DNA of 64,000 nucleotides from Escherichia phage teqskov. Positions 22,432 to 30,508 of the stretch are shown here, one piece after another; the first letter of the stretch is position 1, and each line of letters opens with the position of its first letter. The notes beneath the pieces are model-generated. The model did not search any database and was not told the origin of the DNA. It was given only the letters and a program-made list of their open reading frames with translations. A program made the position numbers and the translations under genes. The DNA lies in sequence record NC_054934.1. One strand, given 5' to 3'.

Positions 22432-22767
22432 ATGTCTGAAGTACAACAGCTACCAATTCGTGCTGTCGGTGAATATGTTATTTTAGTTTCTGAACCTGCA
22501 CAAGCTGGTGATGAAGAAGTTACAGAATCAGGACTTATTATCGGTAAACGTGTTCAAGGTGAAGTTCCTGAACTGTGTGTAGTTCACTCTGTTGGTCCTG
22601 ATGTTCCTGAAGGTTTCTGCGAAGTTGGTGATTTGACTTCTCTTCCAGTTGGTCAAATTCGAAATGTTCCGCATCCTTTTGTAGCTCTGGGTCTTAAGCA
22701 GCCAAAAGAAATTAAACAAAAATTCGTTACTTGTCACTATAAAGCTATTCCGTGTCTTTATAAGTGA
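22432..22767 (+). CDS. 31: Co-chaperonin gp31 (GroES-like)
   Basis: 111 aa [61 protein letters not shown]...; matches T4 gp31. Confidence 0.95.
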
Positions 22768-22775
22768 TATAAATA
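22768..22775 (+). promoter_or_regulatory. Late promoter (TATAAATA) upstream of rIII
   Basis: TATAAATA immediately after the gene 31 stop, about 120 nt upstream of rIII. Confidence 0.45.
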
Positions 22776-22893
22776 ATAATATGAATTGAGTTTCAATTCT
22801 ATGTGGTAGTCTACAACTGAGAGATCTGTCGAAAGAAGATGAAATTCAGAAGAACGTGACTACCGAGTTTTAATCTCTAACGAGAATTTTTAA

Positions 22894-23142
22894 ATGATTA
22901 AACAATTACAACACGCTCTTGAACTGCAACGAAACGCATGGAATAATGGTCACGAAAACTATGGCGCATCTATTGATGTTGAAGCCGAAGCTCTTGAAAT
23001 CCTGCGTTATTTCAAACATCTGAATCCTGCTCAAACTGCATTAGCTGCTGAGCTTCAGGAAAAAGATGAACTTAAATATGCTAAGCCTCTGGCTTCTGCC
23101 GCACGAAAAGCAGTTCGTCACTTTGTGGTAACACTGAAGTAA
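22894..23142 (+). CDS. rIII: Lysis inhibition accessory protein rIII
   Basis: 82 aa MIKQLQHALELQRNAWNNGHENYGASIDVEAEALEILRYFKHLNPAQTALAAELQEKDELKYAK...; matches T4 rIII. Confidence 0.9.
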   Translation: MIKQLQHALELQRNAWNNGHENYGASIDVEAEALEILRYFKHLNPAQTALAAELQEKDELKYAKPLASAARKAVRHFVVTLK

Positions 23143-23336
23143 TTTATTGGAGAGTCACTGCCTTAGTGTGAAGTTAAAACGAGGAGCCGTCGAACTTTGT
23201 TTTACGGTGTACCTCTTGAATGTTGACGAGGTTTATGGTTATCCTGTCGGTAAATATTCAAAACCTAAGTACCCCTTGAGGGCTTGCGCAGGCAATGCCA
23301 ATAAGTCCTGCATTTTCATTTAAAAGAGAATTTATA

Positions 23337-23513
23337 ATGGCAAAACAAGCTAAAGCAAAGAAAGCAGTTGAAAAGAAAGTTGGTGATTCTAAACGCGCTG
23401 GTTACAAGCGTGGGTCGAACTCTCGTATCAATCAAACTGTTGAGAAGATCATGCGCCGAGCACGTGCGGTTCTTCGAGATGATGCTTCTCGTTTTGGTAA
23501 GCAGAAAGCATAA
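23337..23513 (+). CDS. Hypothetical very basic small protein (58 aa, Lys/Arg-rich)
   Basis: MAKQAKAKKAVEKKVGDSKRAGYKRGSNSRINQTVEKIMRRARAVLRDDASRFGKQKA; start ambiguous (in-frame ATG also at 23295); followed by a strong terminator. Confidence 0.5.
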   Translation: MAKQAKAKKAVEKKVGDSKRAGYKRGSNSRINQTVEKIMRRARAVLRDDASRFGKQKA

Positions 23514-23518
23514 GTTAA

Positions 23519-23542
23519 GGACTCCTTCGGGAGTCCTTTTTT
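23519..23542 (+). terminator. Rho-independent terminator (UUCG tetraloop)
   Basis: GGACTCC-TTCG-GGAGTCC followed by TTTTTT. Confidence 0.75.
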
Positions 23543-23566
23543 ATTTTCCAAAGATTGCACAAAGTT

Positions 23567-23596
23567 GTTTACAGTATGGCTCCTTTGTGATAGTAT
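23567..23596 (+). promoter_or_regulatory. T4-type early promoter
   Basis: GTTTAC, about 18-nt spacer, TAGTAT/TATTAT; downstream leader can pair CTCCTTTGTG with the SD-containing CACAAACAAAGGAG. Confidence 0.45.
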
Positions 23597-23623
23597 TATC
23601 TTACACAAACAAAGGAGAATAAA

Positions 23624-23992
23624 ATGAAAATCAATCTTAACTCATATATCAAAGGTAAAGACCACGACGGCTATAAAGCTATCGAAACTAAAGAACTTCA
23701 GTGGCACTTATACAAAGAACAATTTGAATTTGTAGGTTGCATGACTCCTGAAGGTCCTTCTGATGATTTCTCTTGGAAAATAATGTTAACTAACTTTTTT
23801 ACTGGAGATACATACGAATTAAAAACTTTGATTCTTGGTAAAATTCGCTGTGAGACTTATGAAGATAAAGAAACTGGTTACTCTGAAGATGTTACGTGGT
23901 ATCAAAATGGTCGTATTACCGCTGACCTCTTGATTGAAAAAATGAAAGCCAAAGGTGAATTAAATTTAGATAATTGGATTAAAGTTGCATAA
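23624..23992 (+). CDS. Hypothetical protein, 122 aa
   Basis: ORF with AAGGAGA SD. Confidence 0.6.
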   Translation: MKINLNSYIKGKDHDGYKAIETKELQWHLYKEQFEFVGCMTPEGPSDDFSWKIMLTNFFTGDTYELKTLILGKIRCETYEDKETGYSEDVTWYQNGRITADLLIEKMKAKGELNLDNWIKVA

Positions 23993-23996
23993 AATA

Positions 23997-24025
23997 GTTT
24001 ACTTTGGTACAGGATATGATATTAT
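23997..24025 (+). promoter_or_regulatory. T4-type early promoter embedded in a perfect 8-bp dyad
   Basis: GTTTAC, 17-nt spacer, TATTAT; GGTACAGG ... CCTGTACC inverted repeat at about 24006-24036 encloses the -10. Confidence 0.5.
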
Positions 24026-24062
24026 ATACCTGTACCGCAATTAAACATCTCGGAGAATAAAA

Positions 24063-24428
24063 ATGAATTACATCAACTTTGAACGTAAATATGTTTCTAA
24101 CGGTATTGCAGGTTCTATTGATACTATCTGCCTTTGGAAACATCAAAATGGATCAGTATGCGAAATTGAACAGTATATGACTCCTAACTACGTTTATATG
24201 CGATTTGAAAATGGCATCACGGTTTCAATCACGAAAGAAGGTTCTTCTTTTAAAATCGCATTGGATGATGATTTTCGTCAACGCGATTTAGGGACTCATC
24301 CTTGCTGGAATGGCGTTAATCGCAAGCTTCTGGTTAAAACTTGGATTCGTCATATTCTGAGTAACAGAGCTAAACCTGAGCATCTTGAAGCAATCTTTGA
24401 TGTAGTTCTTAACGAATTTGATATTTAA
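24063..24428 (+). CDS. Hypothetical protein, 121 aa
   Basis: ORF with GGAGA SD. Confidence 0.6.
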   Translation: MNYINFERKYVSNGIAGSIDTICLWKHQNGSVCEIEQYMTPNYVYMRFENGITVSITKEGSSFKIALDDDFRQRDLGTHPCWNGVNRKLLVKTWIRHILSNRAKPEHLEAIFDVVLNEFDI

Positions 24429-24470
24429 AAATAAAATGAGGGGCTTCGGCCCCTTACTGAGGAAAATATT

Positions 24471-24758
24471 ATGTTTATGACTACTTATTTTGATACCCGC
24501 AAAAATTTCTGTGAAGTGGTTTTCTCAAAGGCGCCTAAAGACCTTCCTGCTCATTTGCAGCCTACTAGTGAATCGATTAAAAACTACGTTGATGTGGTTT
24601 GTCCTTTAGAGTTCCGTACTGTAAATGGGCGCGATACTTTAGCTATCACTAAACTCAATCGTGAAATTGACATTGACCCTTCAATTGCGCGTGAAATTAA
24701 TATTTCTGATATTGGCGGTGGTAACGTTAAATCGCATGGTTTTCAGATGAGGTTTTAA
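24471..24758 (+). CDS. Hypothetical protein, 95 aa
   Basis: ORF with GAGGAAA SD, preceded by a GGGGC-UUCG-GCCCC hairpin at about 24440-24453. Confidence 0.55.
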   Translation: MFMTTYFDTRKNFCEVVFSKAPKDLPAHLQPTSESIKNYVDVVCPLEFRTVNGRDTLAITKLNREIDIDPSIAREINISDIGGGNVKSHGFQMRF

Positions 24759-24955
24759 TGAAATTCTTTTTAGGTCAAACCGTTGAATTAAAGGGAGTTG
24801 GTATACCTGGATTAATTTCTAAGGTTCTACCTCCATTTAAATGGAGTGGTATTCAAATAAAAGAGGCTTATATTGTTTCCTGGGTAGATGGAAATGAAGA
24901 CCTTCGTATGGGTGATGAATTATCTCCTATCTACGGATTAAAGGAATTAGTATGA
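24758..24955 (+). CDS. Hypothetical protein, 65 aa
   Basis: Overlapping ORF (TAATG junction). Confidence 0.5.
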   Translation: MKFFLGQTVELKGVGIPGLISKVLPPFKWSGIQIKEAYIVSWVDGNEDLRMGDELSPIYGLKELV

Positions 24956-25158
24956 ATATAATTAATAAGATTTTTGGAATTCAGTACATTAAGGTCACAT
25001 ATAAAGTAACAGATAAAAATCCGTATACTGATGAACACGAAGAACCACAAGTTAAGTCTATTATATTAGAAAAGGACCCTAACTGGCCAGTTGAATTTCG
25101 TCTTCCTTGCTATGGTCATTGGGCTGATGTTGAAATTATAAGCATTGAAAATGTCTGA
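24952..25158 (+). CDS. Hypothetical protein, 68 aa
   Basis: Overlapping ORF (ATGA junction). Confidence 0.5.
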   Translation: MNIINKIFGIQYIKVTYKVTDKNPYTDEHEEPQVKSIILEKDPNWPVEFRLPCYGHWADVEIISIENV

Positions 25159-25609
25159 GTTAGAGATTAGAAGTAATTTTAGGTGGCCATCATGTGCATT
25201 AAGTAATTTCGCCCAATGGCCTTTCGTTATGGATGGTATTCAATTTGGAGGTCTTGAAGGATTCCTCCAAGGGTGTAAGGTGAAAAATGTTGAACAACAA
25301 CGTCGTATATTTGGGTTATCCGGGCTTGCCGCCCAACAAGCTGGAAGGTCTTATGCTAGAGCTCAGGACCGTGGGACCCTCTTCTGGCTTGGAGTTCCGT
25401 TTTCAAGATACTCCCCGGCGTGGAAAGAATTATACACAAATGCATATTTTGAAGCAGCGATCCAAAACAAGGGCTTTCGTGATGCATTACAAGCCTCGAA
25501 AGGAAAAGTTTTGAAGCACAGCATGGCTAGTGGTCTAACAAAAGATGATACAATATTAACCGAAGCTGAATTTATTGATGTGTTAAACCTATTAAGAGAC
25601 TCTCTATGA
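25151..25609 (+). CDS. NADAR-family (YbiA/DUF1768-like) protein, predicted N-glycosidase / ADP-ribose-processing hydrolase
   Basis: LSNFAQWPFVMDGIQFGGLEGFLQGCK resembles the NADAR core motif (E. coli YbiA FSNFAAWPIKVDGKTWPTSEHYFQAQK, recalled from memory); ATG at 25151 (track TTG at 25145); coding sequence locally GC-enriched. Confidence 0.65.
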   Translation: MSELEIRSNFRWPSCALSNFAQWPFVMDGIQFGGLEGFLQGCKVKNVEQQRRIFGLSGLAAQQAGRSYARAQDRGTLFWLGVPFSRYSPAWKELYTNAYFEAAIQNKGFRDALQASKGKVLKHSMASGLTKDDTILTEAEFIDVLNLLRDSL

Positions 25610-26445
25610 AGCCTACTATTTTAACTGATATTGATGGAGTTTGTTTAAGCTGGCAATCAGGTCTTCCTTATTTTGCTCAGAAATATAATCTTCCGTTAGA
25701 ACATATTTTAAAAATGATCCAAGATGAGAAATTTATTTCTCCAGGTAAACTCTTTAATTGTGATGAAGAACTTGGTGTCAAGTTAATTGAAAAATATAAT
25801 CGATCAGATTTTATTCGTTACTTGTCTCCATATAAAGATGCCCTGTGTGTAATTAACAAACTAAAAGAAGATTATAATTTTGTAGCTGTTACAGCATTGG
25901 GTGATTCTATTGACGCTCTGTTGAATCGTCAATTTAATTTGAATGCTCTTTTTCCTGGCGCCTTCTCGGAAGTAATGATGTGTGGTCATGATTCTTCAAA
26001 AGAAGAGTTGTTCAAAAAGGCAAAAGAGAAATATAACGTAATTTGTTATATTGACGATCTCGCGCATCATTGCGATCATGCGAGTGAAATATTAAATGTT
26101 CCTGTTTATTGGATGGCTCGAGGAGAGCGTGACAATATTCCAAAAACTGCGCAGCGAGTTTATACATGGAATGATGTAGAAAATAAACTTTTTTCACCGA
26201 AGGAAAATAAAGAAAGTTTTGATAGTGAAAAAGCTATAAAAGATGTAATTGAAAAGATGATTAAAAATGATTCTTTTCGTTGGAACACTACCTGGAGAAC
26301 TCCTGGGTTTAATCCTTATAATCATCTATATCATCCATATCAGACACATCCGTTTCAGACATGGAACTATATTAAACCTGGTGGCATAGAGTATTTGTAT
26401 AATAGACCTACTTGTGGTGATAATATTTTCCAAGGAGCATTCTAA
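25606..26445 (+). CDS. HAD-superfamily-like protein (N-terminal DIDGV motif), 279 aa
   Basis: MKPTILTDIDGVCLSW matches HAD motif I (DxDG[TV]); start overlaps the NADAR-like gene stop. Confidence 0.6.
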   Translation: MKPTILTDIDGVCLSWQSGLPYFAQKYNLPLEHILKMIQDEKFISPGKLFNCDEELGVKLIEKYNRSDFIRYLSPYKDALCVINKLKEDYNFVAVTALGDSIDALLNRQFNLNALFPGAFSEVMMCGHDSSKEELFKKAKEKYNVICYIDDLAHHCDHASEILNVPVYWMARGERDNIPKTAQRVYTWNDVENKLFSPKENKESFDSEKAIKDVIEKMIKNDSFRWNTTWRTPGFNPYNHLYHPYQTHPFQTWNYIKPGGIEYLYNRPTCGDNIFQGAF

Positions 26446-26714
26446 TGTTTGTCGTTCACACTATTTATGAAAATGAAGGTAATACTACGCGTGATTACGG
26501 TCACGTAAATCAATTCTTTAGATGCAATCCAGAATTCCGAGCTCAAAAAGACGAACGAATTTTTAAAAAATGTGTAGAGCAAGGTTTCATTTATATCAAG
26601 CACTGGATGCAAGGAAATAAAGTTAGAACTACATATCATAGGTCTTTAACTGAGCTTAATGATGAATTGATTTATAATAGAGCTGTAAATCAAACTCTGA
26701 AGGATGAACAATGA
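26445..26714 (+). CDS. Hypothetical protein, 89 aa
   Basis: Intact ORF overlapping neighbours (TAATG / ATGA junctions). Confidence 0.55.
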   Translation: MFVVHTIYENEGNTTRDYGHVNQFFRCNPEFRAQKDERIFKKCVEQGFIYIKHWMQGNKVRTTYHRSLTELNDELIYNRAVNQTLKDEQ

Positions 26715-28174
26715 TTCTTAAAATTCTGAATGAAATAGCATCTATTGGATCAACTAAGCAGAAGCAAGCAATTCTTGAAAAGAATAAAGATAATGAATTG
26801 CTTAAACGAGTATATCGTCTGACTTATTCTCGTGGGTTACAGTATTATATCAAGAAATGGCCTAAACCTGGTATTGCTACCCAGAGTTTTGGAATGCTGA
26901 CCATTACCGATATGCTTGATTTCATTGAATTCACGTTAGCTACTCGGAAATTGACTGGAAATGCTGCAATTGAGGAATTAACTGGATATATCACTGATGG
27001 TAAAAAGGATGATGTTGAAGTTTTGCGTCGAGTGATGATGCGAGACCTTGAATGCGGTGCTTCAGTATCTATTGCAAACAAAGTTTGGCCAGGTTTAATT
27101 CCTGAACAACCTCAAATGCTGGCAAGTTCTTATGATGAAAAGGGCATTAGTAAGAATATCAAGTTTCCAGCCTTTGCGCAGTTAAAAGCAGATGGAGCCC
27201 GGTGTTTTGCTGAAGTCCGAGGCGATGAATTAGATGATGTTCGTCTTTTATCACGAGCTGGTAATGAATATCTAGGATTAGATCTTCTTAAGGAAGAGTT
27301 AATCAAAATGACTGCTGAAGCCCGCCAGATTCATCCAGAAGGTGTGTTAATTGATGGCGAATTGGTATACCATGAGCAAGTTAAAAAGGAACCAGAAGGC
27401 CTAGATTTTCTTTTTGATGCTTATCCTGAAATTAGTAAAGCTAAAGAATTCGCCGAAGTAGCGGAATCTCGTACTACTTCTAATGGAATCGCCAATAAAT
27501 CCTTAAAAGGAACCATTTCTGAAAAAGAAGCTCAATGCATGAAGTTTCAGGTTTGGGATTATGTCCCGTTGGTAGAAATATACGGTCTTCCGGCGTTTCG
27601 TTTAAAATATGATGTACGTTTTTCTAAACTAGAACAAATGACATCAGGATATGATAAAGTAATTTTAATTGAAAACCAGGTAGTAAATAACCTAGATGAA
27701 GCTAAGGTAATTTATAAAAAGTATATTGACCAAGGTCTTGAAGGTATTATTCTCAAAAATATCGATGGATTATGGGAAAATGCTCGTTCAAAAAATCTCT
27801 ATAAATTTAAAGAAGTAATTGATGTTGATTTAAAAATTGTAGGAATTTATCCTCACCGTAAAGACCCTACTAAAGCAGGTGGATTTATTCTTGAATCAGA
27901 GTGTGGAAAAATTAAAGTAAATGCTGGTTCAGGCTTAAAAGATAAAGCCGGTGTAAAATCGCATGAACTTGACCGTACTCGCATTATGGAAAACCAAAAT
28001 TATTATATTGGAAAAATTCTAGAGTGCGAATGCAACGGTTGGTTAAAATCTGATGGCCGCACTGATTACGTTAAATTATTTCTTCCAATTGCGATTCGTT
28101 TACGCGAAGATAAAACTAAAGCTAACACATTTGAAGATGTATTCGGCGATTTTCATGAGGTAACTGGTCTATGA
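26711..28174 (+). CDS. 30: ATP-dependent DNA ligase gp30
   Basis: 487 aa, same length as T4 ligase; adenylation motif KADGAR present (AQLKADGARCFAEV). Confidence 0.95.
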   Translation: MILKILNEIASIGSTKQKQAILEKNKDNELLKRVYRLTYSRGLQYYIKKWPKPGIATQSFGMLTITDMLDFIEFTLATRKLTGNAAIEELTGYITDGKKDDVEVLRRVMMRDLECGASVSIANKVWPGLIPEQPQMLASSYDEKGISKNIKFPAFAQLKADGARCFAEVRGDELDDVRLLSRAGNEYLGLDLLKEELIKMTAEARQIHPEGVLIDGELVYHEQVKKEPEGLDFLFDAYPEISKAKEFAEVAESRTTSNGIANKSLKGTISEKEAQCMKFQVWDYVPLVEIYGLPAFRLKYDVRFSKLEQMTSGYDKVILIENQVVNNLDEAKVIYKKYIDQGLEGIILKNIDGLWENARSKNLYKFKEVIDVDLKIVGIYPHRKDPTKAGGFILESECGKIKVNAGSGLKDKAGVKSHELDRTRIMENQNYYIGKILECECNGWLKSDGRTDYVKLFLPIAIRLREDKTKANTFEDVFGDFHEVTGL

Positions 28175-28359
28175 AAGCTTACTTAGAAACAATTGTCGTG
28201 GCTCAAAAAGAAGGTGGAGATGTTTCTACTTCTGTATCACAAATCATGATTGAATTTATAGATGCATATGCTTATAATAAATTCACAGAAACATTTGATG
28301 CCTATGAAAAAGGTCCAAAGTTTGAAATATATCGTACTCTCTTACCAATAGATTATTAA
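28171..28359 (+). CDS. Hypothetical small acidic protein, 62 aa
   Basis: ORF overlapping the ligase stop (ATGA). Confidence 0.5.
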   Translation: MKAYLETIVVAQKEGGDVSTSVSQIMIEFIDAYAYNKFTETFDAYEKGPKFEIYRTLLPIDY

Positions 28360-28360
28360 A

Positions 28361-28380
28361 GGCCTTCGGGCCTTTAATTT
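28361..28380 (+). terminator. UUCG-tetraloop hairpin / weak terminator
   Basis: GGCC-TTCG-GGCC flanked by AAA/TTT and followed by TTTAATTTT. Confidence 0.5.
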
Positions 28381-28388
28381 TATAAATA
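28381..28388 (+). promoter_or_regulatory. Late promoter (TATAAATA) upstream of alt
   Basis: TATAAATA about 24 nt upstream of the alt ATG; fits late expression of a packaged protein. Confidence 0.5.
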
Positions 28389-28411
28389 GAATAAACATTA
28401 GAGAGGATATG

Positions 28412-30505
28412 ATGGAACTCATTACAGAATTATTTGACGAAGATACTACTCTTCCGATTACAAACTTAAATCCAAAGAAGAAAATACCACAAATTTTTTC
28501 AGTTCATGTTGATGACGCAATTGAACAACCAGGCTTTCGTTTATGCACGTATACATCTGGAGGTGATACTAATCGCGATTTAAAAATGGGCGATAAAATG
28601 ATGCATATCGTTCCTTTTACATTAACTGCAAAGGGGTCAATTGCTAAATTAAAGGGTCTTGGACCGAGTCCTATTAATTACATCAATTCAGTATTTACCG
28701 TAGCAATGCAAACAATGAAACAGTATAAAATTGATGCATGTATGCTACGCATTCTTAAATCTAAAACAGCCGGTCAATCTCGACAAATTCAACTTATTGC
28801 AGATAGACTCATCCGTAGTCGTTCAGGCGGTAGATACGTCCTTCTTAAGGAACTCTGGGATTACGATAAAAAGTATGCATATATTCTTATACATCGCAAA
28901 AATGTATCACTAGAAGACATTCCAGGAGTTCCGGAAATTAGTACAGAGCTCTTTACTAAAGTTGAATCGAAGGTCGGTGATGTTTATATCAATAAAGATA
29001 CTGGGGCTCAAGTAACTAAAAATGAGGCAATTGCAGCATCAATTGCACAAGAAAATGATAAGCGTTCTGACCAAGCTGTTATTACTAAAGTTAAAATTTC
29101 CCGTAGAGCAATTGCACAAAGTCAGTCATTGGAATCTTCTAGATTTGAAAGTGAATTATTCCAGAAGTATGAATCTACGGCAGCTAATTTTAATAAACCA
29201 GCTACTGCACCTTTAATTCCCGAAGCAGAAGAAATGAAAATTGGAATTAATTCATTAGCTTCTAAAACAAAGGCAGCAAAAATTATTGCTGAAGGAACGG
29301 CAGATGAACTTCATTATGATTATAAATTCTTTCCGCTGAGTCGGGTTGGTGAAGTTTCTGAAAAAATTAAAGATACAATTCTACATGCTATTAAAAATGA
29401 GCCAACTACCTCAATAAAATGTTTAGAAAAATACGCAGCAGCAGTTAATTCACTTTTTGATGAATACAAAGATAGTTGGCTTGCTAAACACAATAAAAAT
29501 CGCAAAGGTCAACCTGACGAAGTTTGGGAAGAATTGACTAAAAATGCTTGGAATGCGGCAAAAACTAAATTTCTTAAACGAATGATATACAGTTTCTCTG
29601 GCGTAGGAGCTGGTCCTATGATTGATATTACAATCGCTCGTGATGGTTCTAAATATACTCCATCACAAAAGAGAGGTATTAGAGAATACTGTGGATCAGG
29701 GTATACTGACATCAATAATCTTCTTTTGGGTCGTTATGATCCAGAACGTTATGAAGTAATGAGTGAAAAAGAAATTGAAGCTGCTATAACTAATTTAGAT
29801 TCTGCTTTTGAAAATGGTGATCGTATACCAGAAGGCATTACAGTTTATCGTGCTCAGAGTATGACTGCTCCTATATACGAAGCTTTAGTTAAAAATAAAG
29901 TGTTCTACTTCAGAAATTTTGTATCTACTTCTTTAACTCCTATCATTTTTGGACGTTTTGGAATCACACATGCTGGTATTGGTCTTTTAGAACCAGAAGC
30001 TCGCAATGAATTAACAGTTGATAAAAATGAAGAAGGAATAACTATTAATCCAAACGAAATAAGAGCGTATAAAGAAAATCCTGAATACGTTAAAGTTCAA
30101 ATAGGATGGGCAATTGATGGAGCTCATAAAGTTAATGTTGTATATCCAGGAAGTCTCGGAATAGCAACAGAAGCTGAAGTTATTCTACCGCGTGGATTGA
30201 TGGTCAAAGTTAATAAAATAACTGATGCTTCTAATAATGACGGAACAACATCTAATAATACAAAACTCATTCAAGCTGAAGTTATGACCACGGAAGAGCT
30301 CACCGAATCGGTAATCTATGATGGAGACCATTTAATGGAAACTGGTGAATTGGTTGCAATGACAGGTGATATTGAAATAGAAGACAGAGTTGACTTTGCA
30401 TCATTTGTTTCATCAAACGTTAAACAGAAAGTAGAATCATCTCTTGGAATTATTGCGTCTTGCATAGATATTACAAACATGCCTTACAAGTTCGTTCAAG
30501 GATAA
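28412..30505 (+). CDS. alt: Alt NAD-protein ADP-ribosyltransferase (packaged, injected with DNA)
   Basis: MELITELFDEDTTLPITNLNPKKKIPQIF... about 697 aa; C-terminal ART motifs Arg (VYRAQ), FVSTSL and EAE; matches T4 Alt from memory. Confidence 0.9.
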   Translation: MELITELFDEDTTLPITNLNPKKKIPQIFSVHVDDAIEQPGFRLCTYTSGGDTNRDLKMGDKMMHIVPFTLTAKGSIAKLKGLGPSPINYINSVFTVAMQTMKQYKIDACMLRILKSKTAGQSRQIQLIADRLIRSRSGGRYVLLKELWDYDKKYAYILIHRKNVSLEDIPGVPEISTELFTKVESKVGDVYINKDTGAQVTKNEAIAASIAQENDKRSDQAVITKVKISRRAIAQSQSLESSRFESELFQKYESTAANFNKPATAPLIPEAEEMKIGINSLASKTKAAKIIAEGTADELHYDYKFFPLSRVGEVSEKIKDTILHAIKNEPTTSIKCLEKYAAAVNSLFDEYKDSWLAKHNKNRKGQPDEVWEELTKNAWNAAKTKFLKRMIYSFSGVGAGPMIDITIARDGSKYTPSQKRGIREYCGSGYTDINNLLLGRYDPERYEVMSEKEIEAAITNLDSAFENGDRIPEGITVYRAQSMTAPIYEALVKNKVFYFRNFVSTSLTPIIFGRFGITHAGIGLLEPEARNELTVDKNEEGITINPNEIRAYKENPEYVKVQIGWAIDGAHKVNVVYPGSLGIATEAEVILPRGLMVKVNKITDASNNDGTTSNNTKLIQAEVMTTEELTESVIYDGDHLMETGELVAMTGDIEIEDRVDFASFVSSNVKQKVESSLGIIASCIDITNMPYKFVQG

Positions 30506-30508
30506 ATC

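Noticed and set aside
23143-23336. Possible tRNA or other canonical RNA gene in the long rIII-downstream spacer.
   Set aside because: I could not find an acceptor stem plus T-arm (GTTCGAATC-like) arrangement or any cloverleaf by eye; kept only as an unclassified structured spacer in the findings.
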